DNA of 64,000 nt from Candidatus Latescibacterota bacterium (GCA_965116875.1 OZ220733.1:2080001-2144000); one strand, 5' to 3'. Positions 49,701 through 58,228 are shown, counted from the first letter of the stretch. A program made the numbers and translations. The notes: generated by a model not told the origin, from the letters alone.

Positions 49701-50976
49701 CGGCCACCGTCTGCGCGGACATGTCCCAGAGAATGACCGTACTGTCTGCGGATGCGGTGGCAAGCGTGTCTCCGGCCGGCGCAAATGCCACGGAAGTCAC
49801 GCTGCCGTCATGCCCCCGGAGGATACCGAACTGCATGCCCGCGTTCACGTCCCACAGCTCGACCGCGCCGTGTACGGAACCGGTCACAAGCGTGTCCCCT
49901 GCCTGCGTAAATGCAAGCGACGTGACGGCGGGTTTGTGGCCGCCGAATGCGATAAAGTAGCCTGTCTCTACATCCCAGTACCGGGCCGTACCATCCTCCG
50001 AGGTGGTGGCCAGTATGCTGCCGTCCATTGAAAACACGACTGCAGTGACGCTTCCCGTATGGCCTTCAAGGGCGTCGAACTCTCTTCCTCTGTTGACGTC
50101 CCAGAGCCTCACCACCCCATCCTCTGATACGGCGGCGAGCGTGTCCGTTTGCGGTGAAAACGCGACCAGCGTGATAGGACCTGTTTCCGCCTGGAGGGTG
50201 TCTGCCGCGGATAGCGAGGCGACGTCCCACAGCAGGACCAGACTGTCGCCTGACGCGGTGGCCAGTGTGCCGCCGTCTCGGGAAAACGACAGCGCAGTGA
50301 TACGTTTCGGAACCCCGTCGAGGCTGCCGACCCGCGTTCCGGTACTTACGTTCCACAGCAAGACCTCGCCGTCTTCCGACGCGGCGGCCAGCGTGCCGCC
50401 ATCCGGCGAGAATTCAACCGAAATGACGGTCTCCGTATGCCCTTCAAGGGTCGCCGCCAGTGTGCGAGACGCCGCATCCCACACAGAAACTGTGCCATCT
50501 TCCGAGGCTGCGACCAACGTGTCCCCTGTCGGCGAGAACAATGCCGAAGAGATATCGCCCGCAAGCCCGTTGAGAGTCCCAGTCTCCGATCGCGTCGCGA
50601 CGTCCCAGAGCAATACCGCGCCATCCTCCGTAACGGCCGCCACCGTCCCCCCATCCTGAGAAAAGGATACGGAATTGACCCGAACGTGACTCGGCAACAG
50701 CGCAAGGGTGTGGCCCGTCGCCCCATCGTACAACCAGACACCGATGCTGCTGGCCACGGCAAGCGTATGCCCGTCGGAAGAAATGTCCACCGTGCGGTCA
50801 CCGGAGCCGATCGCTCCTTTACCCAGACGCGCGGTCGCACCGTCGGGCAGATGCCGCGTCCGGTGGTCCTCCTCCATCGCCTCGGCGGCCGCAGCGCACA
50901 CCGGAACCCCGCCGAGTACAGCGGCGAGCGCCAGAATCGACACTGTCAATTTCCCGTTGAAATACGCGCTGCCCAT
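46744..50976 (-). CDS. Secreted WD40-repeat protein: two WD40 blocks, central Ig-like (Big-1-like) domain, C-terminal EF-hand/dockerin-like domain
   Basis: More than 20 repeats of GH..V.SV.FS.DG..LASGS.D.TV.LWD; ISGDGQEG...PFVVEVKD...VTFAVTAG; DFDGDGAVNFADF...FDLDEDGAIGFGDF. Confidence 0.9.
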   Translation of the reverse strand: MGSAYFNGKLTVSILALAAVLGGVPVCAAAAEAMEEDHRTRHLPDGATARLGKGAIGSGDRTVDISSDGHTLAVASSIGVWLYDGATGHTLALLPSHVRVNSVSFSQDGGTVAAVTEDGAVLLWDVATRSETGTLNGLAGDISSALFSPTGDTLVAASEDGTVSVWDAASRTLAATLEGHTETVISVEFSPDGGTLAAASEDGEVLLWNVSTGTRVGSLDGVPKRITALSFSRDGGTLATASGDSLVLLWDVASLSAADTLQAETGPITLVAFSPQTDTLAAVSEDGVVRLWDVNRGREFDALEGHTGSVTAVVFSMDGSILATTSEDGTARYWDVETGYFIAFGGHKPAVTSLAFTQAGDTLVTGSVHGAVELWDVNAGMQFGILRGHDGSVTSVAFAPAGDTLATASADSTVILWDMSAQTVAAAFERHEDGVNAAAWSPDGTILATASDDGTVLLWEDDTRRLTATLDGGSDGIASVVFSPEGETLAAGSKDGSVILWDVASQSRIAALEGHRGSVNAVVFSQDGRTVASGSSDNAVKLWDAASHSQAATLLGHEGGVTSLAYSQDGSRLASGSDDNTIRIWEVGARTGVVSLTGHNANVNSVAFSPDWGTMASGSEDGTVLLWDLSEWPRLQPFALEVISGDGQEGAPGGPLADPFVVEVKDRNGDPLPDAAVTFAVTAGQGRLSGSYTVQHTRTGADGRAAVTLTLGNRAGANAVVVTLGGRELATFNADAVGASVITMDGDYRKWQLPWRATARLGKGAIAQGDRAVALSPDGRTLAVASGVGVWLYDAIVSRAAVLLPGGGRVRTVAFSRRGNLAAGLYDGRIELWNVSSGARIATLAGHTDGVSSVAFSSTGTALVSGSEDGTVRLWDLVTRTWVATLQRERVGVASVAFSPDGGRLASGSSDNTISLWDVAARARVATLEGHANGITSVAFSPDGSMLASGSSDRSVRLWDVVAQIEVARFEGHGGPVASVSFSGDGATLASGSTDGRVKLWDVTARELINTLEEHNHPVYSVSFSRNASTLASASEDGNVIVRDLETGNSAAIYGHRSLTSMALSPDGSILATGSLDNKVRLWDAETRTEVAALEGHTDWVRSVSFSSDGAKLASGSSDHTVRLWDMAARSEVATFDARSWVYSVAFSRDGSTLAAGLRQGTATVWNLATHAEIAVLEGHEHTGGVASVVFSPDGDTLFSGSSDRTVKLWDVAARTEVATLEGHGGWVYSLALSEDGSTLASGSQDGTVRIWDVATRTETARLEGHTGWVYSVAFSADGSMLASGSQDGTVRIWDVATTTETARLEGHAGWVYSVAFLDDGSTLVSGSRDGSMLIWDLADDVPPPPVPPQTPDADFDGDGAVNFADFVLFVRHFGLREGDAGYDAKFDLDEDGAIGFGDFVKFADAFGQI
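47026..47272. repeat. Near-identical 126-bp tandem duplication (one WD40 unit) inside the WD40 gene
   Basis: GAACGCCACCGAATACACCCAGCCGG... starts at 47026 and again at 47152. Confidence 0.85.
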
Positions 50977-51335
50977 GCCAGACCCCTTTTCCGTTGCCAC
51001 GATGGTGAAAACCTCCACCCGCTTCGCGCGTGGTGGAAGCTCCGGGGTTCGACCACGGGGAGTGTCGCGCGCGGAACCCGGATCAAACCCTCAGCGTCGC
51101 AATAATATACGCGAATTGCGGGTAGATTTGTGATCTTTTTTCATAAAGACCGGGGGCTGGTTTCGGGGAAATTTAAGATTTCCACGCGGCGTTTGATCAG
51201 GCCCCTGGCCGCTACCGGGAGACGAAGAAGACGCAAAAGGCTGAAGCCGTAGCATCAACGGTCGACCAGGGCGCCGCGGCTCCCGCGTTCTCCTTGCCGG
51301 CGGTCAGACGGCGATCCGGAATGCCGCTCGCCTGA

Positions 51336-51367
51336 CCGATCTACACACACTTGTGTGTGTAGATCGG
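51336..51367. promoter_or_regulatory. Perfect 15-2-15 palindrome, operator-like
   Basis: CCGATCTACACACAC-TT-GTGTGTGTAGATCGG; the core is shared with 45412-45429. Confidence 0.6.
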
Positions 51368-51406
51368 GTTCCGCTCTTCGCGACACGGGAATTCGGCATA
51401 TGGGTC

Positions 51407-51435
51407 TTGACTGGAAGGCGGGAATCGGATATATC
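51407..51435 (+). promoter_or_regulatory. Promoter of candidate sRNA copy 2
   Basis: TTGACT-N17-TATATC, sharing AATCGG just before the -10 with copy 1. Confidence 0.5.
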
Positions 51436-51441
51436 TAATTG

Positions 51442-51528
51442 TGATTCAGGACGCGGGCCCCATTCGAGTACTCAGCCTGTTTCTCCCTCCCGGCAGGCGT
51501 AGATTCGAATCGGGGCCCGTATTTCATT
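51442..51528 (+). ncRNA. Candidate structured small RNA, copy 2
   Basis: Leader TGATTCAGGACG; stem CGGGCCCCATTCGA/TCGAAT(C)GGGGCCCG; apical hairpin GCCTGT...TCTCCCTCCC...GCAGGC. Confidence 0.5.
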
Positions 51529-51580
51529 ACCCCCCGGCGATTTCCTGAACGCGCGCTGGACCCGCGTGCAAGGCAAACTG

Positions 51581-52207
51581 TCACCACACGGCGGGATGGC
51601 TGCCGGCCAGAATCAGCGGGCGGACGGATTCGGCCTGGTACTGCGCAGCCGTAATCAGTTCGTCGTTCAGGAGTTCCAGTAGCAGGCGGTTTCGGAGATT
51701 GATCGCGTGTTCCGGTTCGTCTACCGGGGGAGGCGCGTCGGGAAAGCGGGCGAGATGGAACAGCAGGATGGCTTCTCCCGTGGTCATCTGCCCGGGAGAT
51801 ATTCCAAAATAGGCGCGCGCCGCGCGTTTGAAACCCGATACGGAAGTACCTCTGGGCAGGGCGAACGGCGTCCGTTCGAAAAAGAAAGCCTGCAGGCTTT
51901 CTTTTTCGTATTTGCGGGCGATCAGGAAGGCGAAGCAGGCGCGTTTGAACCCGCCGACAGCGTCCGGACCAACCGGAGGCGCCAGTTGTTCCGCGAGAAG
52001 CCGGGAAAGGTCTGCCGTGGAAAGCGAGTCCGCAACCCTTTTCAGAATGGAAGGGAGGCCGGACGCCGCGGGCGCTTCCGGTACAGCGCCAAGAAGGCCG
52101 TCCAACTCACTCGAATACCCGTTGAGGACAACGCCTGCAAGCGAGGCCGCGAGCGCCACCGGTATCATGATCATCAGGACGGATCGAAGAGAGCGTCGTG
52201 GCATCAT
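51581..52207 (-). CDS. Membrane-anchored, degenerate GT51 transglycosylase-like protein
   Basis: N-terminal TM helix; ARKYEKESL, GFKRAARAYFG, EAILL, RNRLLLEL..DELIT match the C-terminal GT51 motifs; catalytic EDxxFxxH is absent. Confidence 0.6.
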   Translation of the reverse strand: MMPRRSLRSVLMIMIPVALAASLAGVVLNGYSSELDGLLGAVPEAPAASGLPSILKRVADSLSTADLSRLLAEQLAPPVGPDAVGGFKRACFAFLIARKYEKESLQAFFFERTPFALPRGTSVSGFKRAARAYFGISPGQMTTGEAILLFHLARFPDAPPPVDEPEHAINLRNRLLLELLNDELITAAQYQAESVRPLILAGSHPAVW

Positions 52208-53514
52208 CCGTGGTCCAGAATCCAATCCGCGGCGGCGCCGAGGTCGTCGGCAACGAGATCCGCGTGTCCGGGATGCATCTTCGCCAGCGCCTCAGGACCG
52301 GAACCCGTTCTCACCAGGATGGACGCGCGACAGCCGGCGTTGCGCCCGGCGTCCACGTCGGTCTTCCGGTCGCCTACCATCACTGATCCGGACAGGTCCA
52401 GATTGAGGTCTTCGGCTGCGGCGTACAGCATATCGGGACCTGGCTTTGTTTCCGGAGTATCGGTGCGATGTTGCGGCAGCACGGCGTTCCGACTGCCATA
52501 GCGGCAGTAGACCCCGTCCAGTTCCACGCCTGAAACACCAAGCAGAGCGGCCATGCGGTCGTTCACGGCCCCAACGGTCTCGGCGGTGACGTATCCCTGT
52601 CCCACGGCGGTCTGGTTCGAAACGATGACCAGAACGTAACCGGCGCGCTTCAACTTCCCAAGCGCTTCCGCCGCACCGGGCAGCAGGTGGAAGTGCTCCG
52701 GACCGGTTCGGTAGGCGGGAGCCGGGCTGACGGTGCCGTCACGATCCAGGAAGACGGCGCGCCGCTTTGGCGCGTTCGCCCGCAGAAGACGGCATTCAGT
52801 CTGCGTGACGCCGCCCCCGTCGATGGCGTAGATGCGAAACGGATGCGGCGGCTCCCCGAACGCGGGCGCGTTGGCGAAGTAAACGTGTCCTTCCCTGAAC
52901 AGACTGTCCCCTTTGTGATAGTGTCCGCTGAGTACCAGGCGTACGCGGCTGTCGGCCAGGAGGGCCGCCTTGATGCTTTCGGCTTCCCGGTAGGCGTGGG
53001 GATAGCCGCCCGTGCGCTCCGGTGCGACGAGGTAGTGCTGGAGGTGGATCTGCGGCGACGGGTCGTCGTCGTTCATCGCGGCGACGAAGCGTTCACGCTG
53101 CGCCCCCATTCGCTGGGGAAAATTGGCGTCCACTTCATCGTCGAAAAACAGCAGAACGCGGTGGCCGGCAACGTGAAAATCCGCGGGAAGGTCGCCATAG
53201 ACACGGTGGAAGGACTCCGGGTGGTCGTGGTTGCCGTAGAGAAAGGCGACGGGGCAGGTCAACGGCGCGAATCGTTCGCGGACCAGACGCAGGTCTCTTT
53301 CGCCGAGGGCGATGAGCTTCGCATCGTGCATCCCGTAAAACGGATGGTCGACCAGGTCGCCGGTAACGACGACGAGATCCGGGGACTCCCTGCGAATGCG
53401 GTCCACGGCCTGAGACATCAGATCCGGCATGTGCCGGCTCAGGCGCCGGGAAATGGTGGAGGTGCCGGGAAGATGATGGCGGAGATGAAAGTCGGAAATG
53501 TGGGCGATCTTCAT
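52204..53514 (-). CDS. Metallophosphoesterase fused to a GmhB-like HAD-IIIA phosphatase
   Basis: ISDFH, TGDL, GNHD, SGHYH; then AVFLDRDGT, VSNQ, KPGPDML, MVGDRKTD. Confidence 0.85.
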   Translation of the reverse strand: MKIAHISDFHLRHHLPGTSTISRRLSRHMPDLMSQAVDRIRRESPDLVVVTGDLVDHPFYGMHDAKLIALGERDLRLVRERFAPLTCPVAFLYGNHDHPESFHRVYGDLPADFHVAGHRVLLFFDDEVDANFPQRMGAQRERFVAAMNDDDPSPQIHLQHYLVAPERTGGYPHAYREAESIKAALLADSRVRLVLSGHYHKGDSLFREGHVYFANAPAFGEPPHPFRIYAIDGGGVTQTECRLLRANAPKRRAVFLDRDGTVSPAPAYRTGPEHFHLLPGAAEALGKLKRAGYVLVIVSNQTAVGQGYVTAETVGAVNDRMAALLGVSGVELDGVYCRYGSRNAVLPQHRTDTPETKPGPDMLYAAAEDLNLDLSGSVMVGDRKTDVDAGRNAGCRASILVRTGSGPEALAKMHPGHADLVADDLGAAADWILDHG

Positions 53515-55518
53515 TCAGGCATCCATTTTACGGGAACGATCGGAATTCGTAATCCAGTTGTGCAACGCGGTTCGGCTGATACGGCGCGCAGAAATCCGCA
53601 GCTCCGGGCCGGCTTCCGCGGCGCGGTAGAATGAGCGGAATTCGTCGATAGGAAACCCGTTGCCTGCGTTGTGGACGTAGAGCGGACCGGGTGCGATCAG
53701 CGCGGCGGCCGCGCGGAGGTCGCCGGCGGCGCGAATTGCAGGGATGAAGAGGTGTTCGGCCCAATAGACGTCGTCATTGGCGCGGAACCGGTTTCCGTCG
53801 ATGATCGTGCGGCCGACGTCCGGCGCGAGGGCCCGCGCGAACAGGCACCACGGGCCGGCCTCGCCCATGCCTGCCACGTGGCAGACGGTCACGTCTCCGC
53901 GGGAGCGGAGATACGCCAGCGCCGTCAGAATGTCCTGGATTCGGCAGGTTGCATCGCTGGGGTTGTACGTATGGAAGTGCGGCGCGCTGGTGTCCCGGAC
54001 GCCGGTGTTCGAAGGCGATGCGCCAACCAGGAACGGACTGATGGTGAGAACACGCAGGCCCCTTCGGAGCAGATCGTCGACTGCGGGGCCGGGCATGCCG
54101 CTTTCGGGGTTGGAGAGGGCGTCAATGCCGCCAGGGTGTACGAGCAGCGCGCCGGGCGATGTCTTCCGGCCGTTTCGCGGCAGGAACAGTCGCGCCGGAA
54201 CGCGGTCGCCGAAATCCAGCCGCCCGATCAGGAGCCGCTGGACGACAAATCTGCTGTTCCTTGTTCGGCCCATGTCCCTGACCAGCGTCGCCTTCGGATA
54301 CCCGGCGGCGACGGCATGCCGGAGGGCCGGTGCGAAACGCGCTTTGAACCTGCGCAATGAGGCCGGGCTGTCGGGCAGTGCGTCTCCAAGACGCGACTCG
54401 GACCTGGCGATCAGGAAATTCGTGAGCCCGTTCGCGTCCAGCGCACCCGCGGGCGGCTTCCTGTCATGGAAAACAAGCAGGCCCTCGTCGGGCTCAACGG
54501 CAAAGGACGTCTCCCTGAACGGCTCGTCCCTGCCCAGCAGCCATCTTCCGAACCACCGGTAGACAAGCTCCCGGCTCTCGCGGTTGTAGTTGTGCCCGGC
54601 ATCGACCTGCGCGGTGGAGACCCTGTCTGCAGCGTCGTACAAACTGTAGACTTCCCGTATGGCAGGGTATTCCAGTTCGGGCGTATTGCACGTCCAGTCG
54701 CCGGAGGCGGAAACGATGAAAAGAGGGCGCGGCGCCATGGCGGCCGCGATCTCGACGTTGTTGATATCCAGACGGAGGTGGCCCTGGTTTTCACAGTTGC
54801 ATCCGCCCTGCATGTGGGCCGAGACCATATTGACGGGGGCCGCCACGCTCACCCTGTCGTCCACCGCCGCCAACAGAAAGGTCTGGGTACCGCCGCCGGA
54901 AGCGCCTGTGCAGCCGATCCGGTCCGGGTCCACGCCCGGCAGCGACTGCAGGAAGTCGATAACGCGGATGCTGTTCCACAGTTGCAGCCCCAGAACGCCG
55001 ATCCCCCACAGGTCTTCCCGGGTTCCGCCGAATTCACGATGCTCGATCTGGCTGCTGTCGTTGTATCCCGCCATGTCATACGAAAACACCACGTGACCCT
55101 GCCTGGCCAGGTTGATACATCGTCCAGGTATGGAAGCAAAGGACGCATCGTCATTTTCCAGACGGCCGCGGCGGCAGTGGCCGTGCGGGCAGGCGATCCC
55201 GGGGTGGGGTCCGGCGTCGGACGGACGATACAGGTTGCCGCACACGAGGAACCCCGGTAACGACTCGAAGAAGACTTTCTCCACGGTATAGCCCCTGCGT
55301 TCCACGCGTCCGAAAATGCGCGCATTGAGCGGGCTCTTCCCGGGCAGCGGGTACAGGCCCGCCACAACGAGAATATGTCGGCGTATCCGTGCGGCGCGAG
55401 CCTTCCATGCGTTCAGGGAAGACCAGGAGGCAAGCGTCCACGGCGTGTGTACGTGACGCGACTCCGCCAGGCGCACGTCGGTTATAGCCTCGGAGGTCTG
55501 ATCTGCAACGGTACCCAC
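53515..55518 (-). CDS. Acetylxylan esterase-like alpha/beta hydrolase with a second degenerate hydrolase domain
   Basis: YTVEKVFFES.PG, PHGH, VDPDRIGCTGASGGGTQT, GGCNCE, GHNY. GTG start at 55518 with GGGGAG RBS. Confidence 0.8.
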   Translation of the reverse strand: MGTVADQTSEAITDVRLAESRHVHTPWTLASWSSLNAWKARAARIRRHILVVAGLYPLPGKSPLNARIFGRVERRGYTVEKVFFESLPGFLVCGNLYRPSDAGPHPGIACPHGHCRRGRLENDDASFASIPGRCINLARQGHVVFSYDMAGYNDSSQIEHREFGGTREDLWGIGVLGLQLWNSIRVIDFLQSLPGVDPDRIGCTGASGGGTQTFLLAAVDDRVSVAAPVNMVSAHMQGGCNCENQGHLRLDINNVEIAAAMAPRPLFIVSASGDWTCNTPELEYPAIREVYSLYDAADRVSTAQVDAGHNYNRESRELVYRWFGRWLLGRDEPFRETSFAVEPDEGLLVFHDRKPPAGALDANGLTNFLIARSESRLGDALPDSPASLRRFKARFAPALRHAVAAGYPKATLVRDMGRTRNSRFVVQRLLIGRLDFGDRVPARLFLPRNGRKTSPGALLVHPGGIDALSNPESGMPGPAVDDLLRRGLRVLTISPFLVGASPSNTGVRDTSAPHFHTYNPSDATCRIQDILTALAYLRSRGDVTVCHVAGMGEAGPWCLFARALAPDVGRTIIDGNRFRANDDVYWAEHLFIPAIRAAGDLRAAAALIAPGPLYVHNAGNGFPIDEFRSFYRAAEAGPELRISARRISRTALHNWITNSDRSRKMDA

Positions 55519-55671
55519 GTGGTGATACTCCCCGGTTTCACGTTCGTCCGAAAACCGCAAGACGCGACGGATTGCGGAAAGATAAACCCGGCGACCACGA
55601 AATGCAAGGCGCATCGGGGCAATAATCGGATCCGCAGATCCGGCTGGATTGATGCAGGGGATTTCGCTATA

Positions 55672-55700
55672 TTGACGCGTCAAACCTATGGCGGTATACT
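55672..55700 (+). promoter_or_regulatory. sigma70 promoter upstream of the RidA-family gene
   Basis: TTGACG-N17-TATACT, followed by an AGGAGG RBS. Confidence 0.75.
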
Positions 55701-55719
55701 CAACACAGGAGGCAGAGCG

Positions 55720-56103
55720 ATGGGCAAACGGGAGATCAAACACCCGGACAAACAGGTGGATACGGGAGCGTATTCGGCGGCGGTGGAAGCGGATGGCTGG
55801 GTCTTCGTGAGCGGACATGCGTCGCTGGATCTGGTCACGGGCGAAGTGATCGGCGACGATATAGAGACCCAGACACGCACGACGCTGGAGCATATCCGGA
55901 AAGTCCTGAGTGAAGCCGGCTGCACGATGGACGACGTGGTCAAGTCCACGTGCCACCTGGCGGATATCGGTGATTTCGCCGCATTCAATGGCGTGTATTC
56001 GGAGTTCTTCGCTGGCGTTCGACCGGCCAGAACCACGGTGCAGTCCGTACTGCCGGGAATCCTTGTGGAAATCGACGTGGTCGCCAGAAAGCCGCAACCA
56101 TAA
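55720..56103 (+). CDS. RidA/YjgF/UK114 family protein
   Basis: GAYS, FVSG, DVVK, FNGVYSEFF..RPARTTVQ, LVEIDVVA. Confidence 0.9.
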   Translation: MGKREIKHPDKQVDTGAYSAAVEADGWVFVSGHASLDLVTGEVIGDDIETQTRTTLEHIRKVLSEAGCTMDDVVKSTCHLADIGDFAAFNGVYSEFFAGVRPARTTVQSVLPGILVEIDVVARKPQP

Positions 56104-56133
56104 TCCAACGAGCCGGCGCGGGACCGACCCCGG

Positions 56134-58110
56134 GTGACCTTGACCATGGCTGTCACGGAAAACGAGATTGCCTTTTTCAGATACCGCAACCGGTTGATGG
56201 CCGGGGTGTGTCTGTCTTCCGCGGGGGGGAAAGCCCGTTTCGCGACGGCCCGGAAGGAAACTGTGACCACGCCGGTCAGGAACGTGCTGCTCTGTACCGG
56301 TGATACGGCCAGAGACTGGACGCGCGCGGCCGAGTGGATGACGCGCGCGGAGGAGGAGAGCGAAGGCATAGACCTCGTGGATGCGTGGGAGCTTGTTCGT
56401 GACGAAGCGGACGTGTGGACCGTGGATGGATTGGCGGATCTCTATTTCGGCGGCGAGCCCACGACGAGTCAGCTGGCCGCGTTGCTGGTCCAACTCGAGC
56501 AGAACCTCTATTTCGAGGCGGAAAGGCGCGGGGGCGGGTATCGCGCATTGAGCGAGGAAGAGGTCCTGGCGCGACGGGCCGCGGTTGTCCGTCAGGAAGC
56601 GCGCAACGAGGAAAGGGCCGGATTCCGGCGTTGGCTGCTGGAATGCACGGACGAATCGCCGGAGATTGTCGGCGGATGGGTCGACAGGCTGAAGGACTAC
56701 GTGCTGCACCGGGAGAGAAGTGTTCACGCCGGGTGGGTGGAACGCATGGCGGGCGCGCCGGTGGATCCGCGATTTGTCTTCAATCGCCTTGTCCACGACG
56801 GCATATGGGAGCCGGATGAACACCTGGACCTGATCCGGGCCGAGGTGCCGATCGAATTTCCGGCGGCTGTCATCGGGGAGGCGGAGGGTTTGTGTCTGGC
56901 GTCGTTGCTGGACGACGGCCGGCGACGGGATCTCACGGATCTTGCGGTATACACGATCGATGACGCGGCAACCACCGACATGGACGATGGCGTATCGGTC
57001 CTGATGAGATCCGACGGTACCAGGCAGGTCGGGGTGCATATCACCGACGTGGCGGGATTGGTTCATCCTGACTCGGAGACCGACCGGGAGGCCGCGTCAA
57101 GGGTGTCGAGCCTTTACTTCCCCGACGGGAAGATCCCCATGTTTCCGGAGACGGTTTCCAGCAATCTGGGCAGTCTGCGACCGGGCGCGCCGCGGCTGGC
57201 TGTGAGTCAGCTGTTCGAAGTTTCCGCGGATGGTACGGTCGGAAGCGTTGACATCATTCCATCGATCGTTCGATGCCGTGAAAAGCTCTCGTATGAAGCC
57301 GTGGACGGGATTCTTCGGGATCCGTCCCATTCACTGAACTGCGACATGTCCGCGCTGCACGCGGTAGCCGAGTGGCACTGCATGGAGCGCCTGCAGAACG
57401 GCGCAATAGACGTGGAACATCCCAATCGCCGAATTGGAATTGCGGCTGACGGGCAAATCGAATTCGCATTGCACAACGGCAGGTCTCCCGCCAATCTGCT
57501 TGTGAGCGAGATGATGGTAATGGCGAACTCGGCGGTCGCGAGGTTCTGCCGGGACCTGGAACTTCCGGTGTTGTACCGGGTCCAGGCGGCGCCCGACCTT
57601 CAGGATTTCAGCGACGTGGAGAACGAGGTTTTGCGCCGGTACAGAGTGTTGCGGCGGATGCGCCGGGCGTCGATGAGCCTGGCGCCGGATTTGCACGGCG
57701 GACTGGGTGTGGAGGCATACTGCCAGGTCTCTTCGCCGTTGCGCCGGTACACGGACCTTGCGGTTCAACGCCAGTTGGCGGCGCATCTTCTGGGTCAGCC
57801 CCATCCCTACGACAGTGAGCGCATCCAGCGTGTGGTTTTCGAAGCCGAGGAACGCATGCGCAGTCTGATCCGTATCGAGCGGCAGCGGGAACGGTACTGG
57901 CTGTTGCGTTACCTGCAGGGACGGATAGGCGATGTCTTTGAGGCGGTGGCGCTGGAAACGCGCGATCGCGCCCTCCACGTCGAGGTGCTTGATTTCGCAT
58001 TCCAGACGGATATCAGGCCGTCCGTGAACGTGGAGCCGGGCGACAGCGTGTCCGTCCGGTTGGGACGATGCGATCCCTGGCTGGGCGATATTACCTTTTC
58101 TCCCGTGTAG
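56134..58110 (+). CDS. RNB-domain exoribonuclease (RNase II/R family)
   Basis: RRDLT...TIDDAATTDMDDGVS, HITDV, EMMVMAN, SSPLRRYTDL, C-terminal S1-like domain. Start could be 56146. Confidence 0.9.
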   Translation: MTLTMAVTENEIAFFRYRNRLMAGVCLSSAGGKARFATARKETVTTPVRNVLLCTGDTARDWTRAAEWMTRAEEESEGIDLVDAWELVRDEADVWTVDGLADLYFGGEPTTSQLAALLVQLEQNLYFEAERRGGGYRALSEEEVLARRAAVVRQEARNEERAGFRRWLLECTDESPEIVGGWVDRLKDYVLHRERSVHAGWVERMAGAPVDPRFVFNRLVHDGIWEPDEHLDLIRAEVPIEFPAAVIGEAEGLCLASLLDDGRRRDLTDLAVYTIDDAATTDMDDGVSVLMRSDGTRQVGVHITDVAGLVHPDSETDREAASRVSSLYFPDGKIPMFPETVSSNLGSLRPGAPRLAVSQLFEVSADGTVGSVDIIPSIVRCREKLSYEAVDGILRDPSHSLNCDMSALHAVAEWHCMERLQNGAIDVEHPNRRIGIAADGQIEFALHNGRSPANLLVSEMMVMANSAVARFCRDLELPVLYRVQAAPDLQDFSDVENEVLRRYRVLRRMRRASMSLAPDLHGGLGVEAYCQVSSPLRRYTDLAVQRQLAAHLLGQPHPYDSERIQRVVFEAEERMRSLIRIERQRERYWLLRYLQGRIGDVFEAVALETRDRALHVEVLDFAFQTDIRPSVNVEPGDSVSVRLGRCDPWLGDITFSPV

Positions 58111-58118
58111 TCTCCTCC

Positions 58119-58212
58119 GTGGGTGAATTTGACCCACGCCTACCGGCCTGCCAGCAGCGCAATACGCTGCGCAGGCAGGCGCGAAGACCGCTGGGATTTT
58201 TAAGACAGCTTC
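58119..58212. mobile_element. Partial (right-end) copy of the MITE at 19553-19714
   Basis: GCGCGAAGACCGCTGGGA...ACAGCTTC followed by TTA matches the right end of the first copy; the upstream GGGTG..TTTG.CC.ACGCC..CCGGC also aligns. Confidence 0.65.
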
Positions 58213-58228
58213 TTATGCGAGGGCATGC

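Noticed and set aside
51031-51059. tRNA/tmRNA 3'-end-like sequence on the minus strand (...GGTCGAACCCCGGAGCTTCCACCA)
   Set aside because: The T-loop and stem are imperfect, no 5' half or cloverleaf is present, and no integrase is nearby.
55519-57066. N-terminal half of the 1183-aa ORF 53515..57066
   Set aside because: It is the antisense shadow of the RidA and RNB genes; the real hydrolase starts near 55518.
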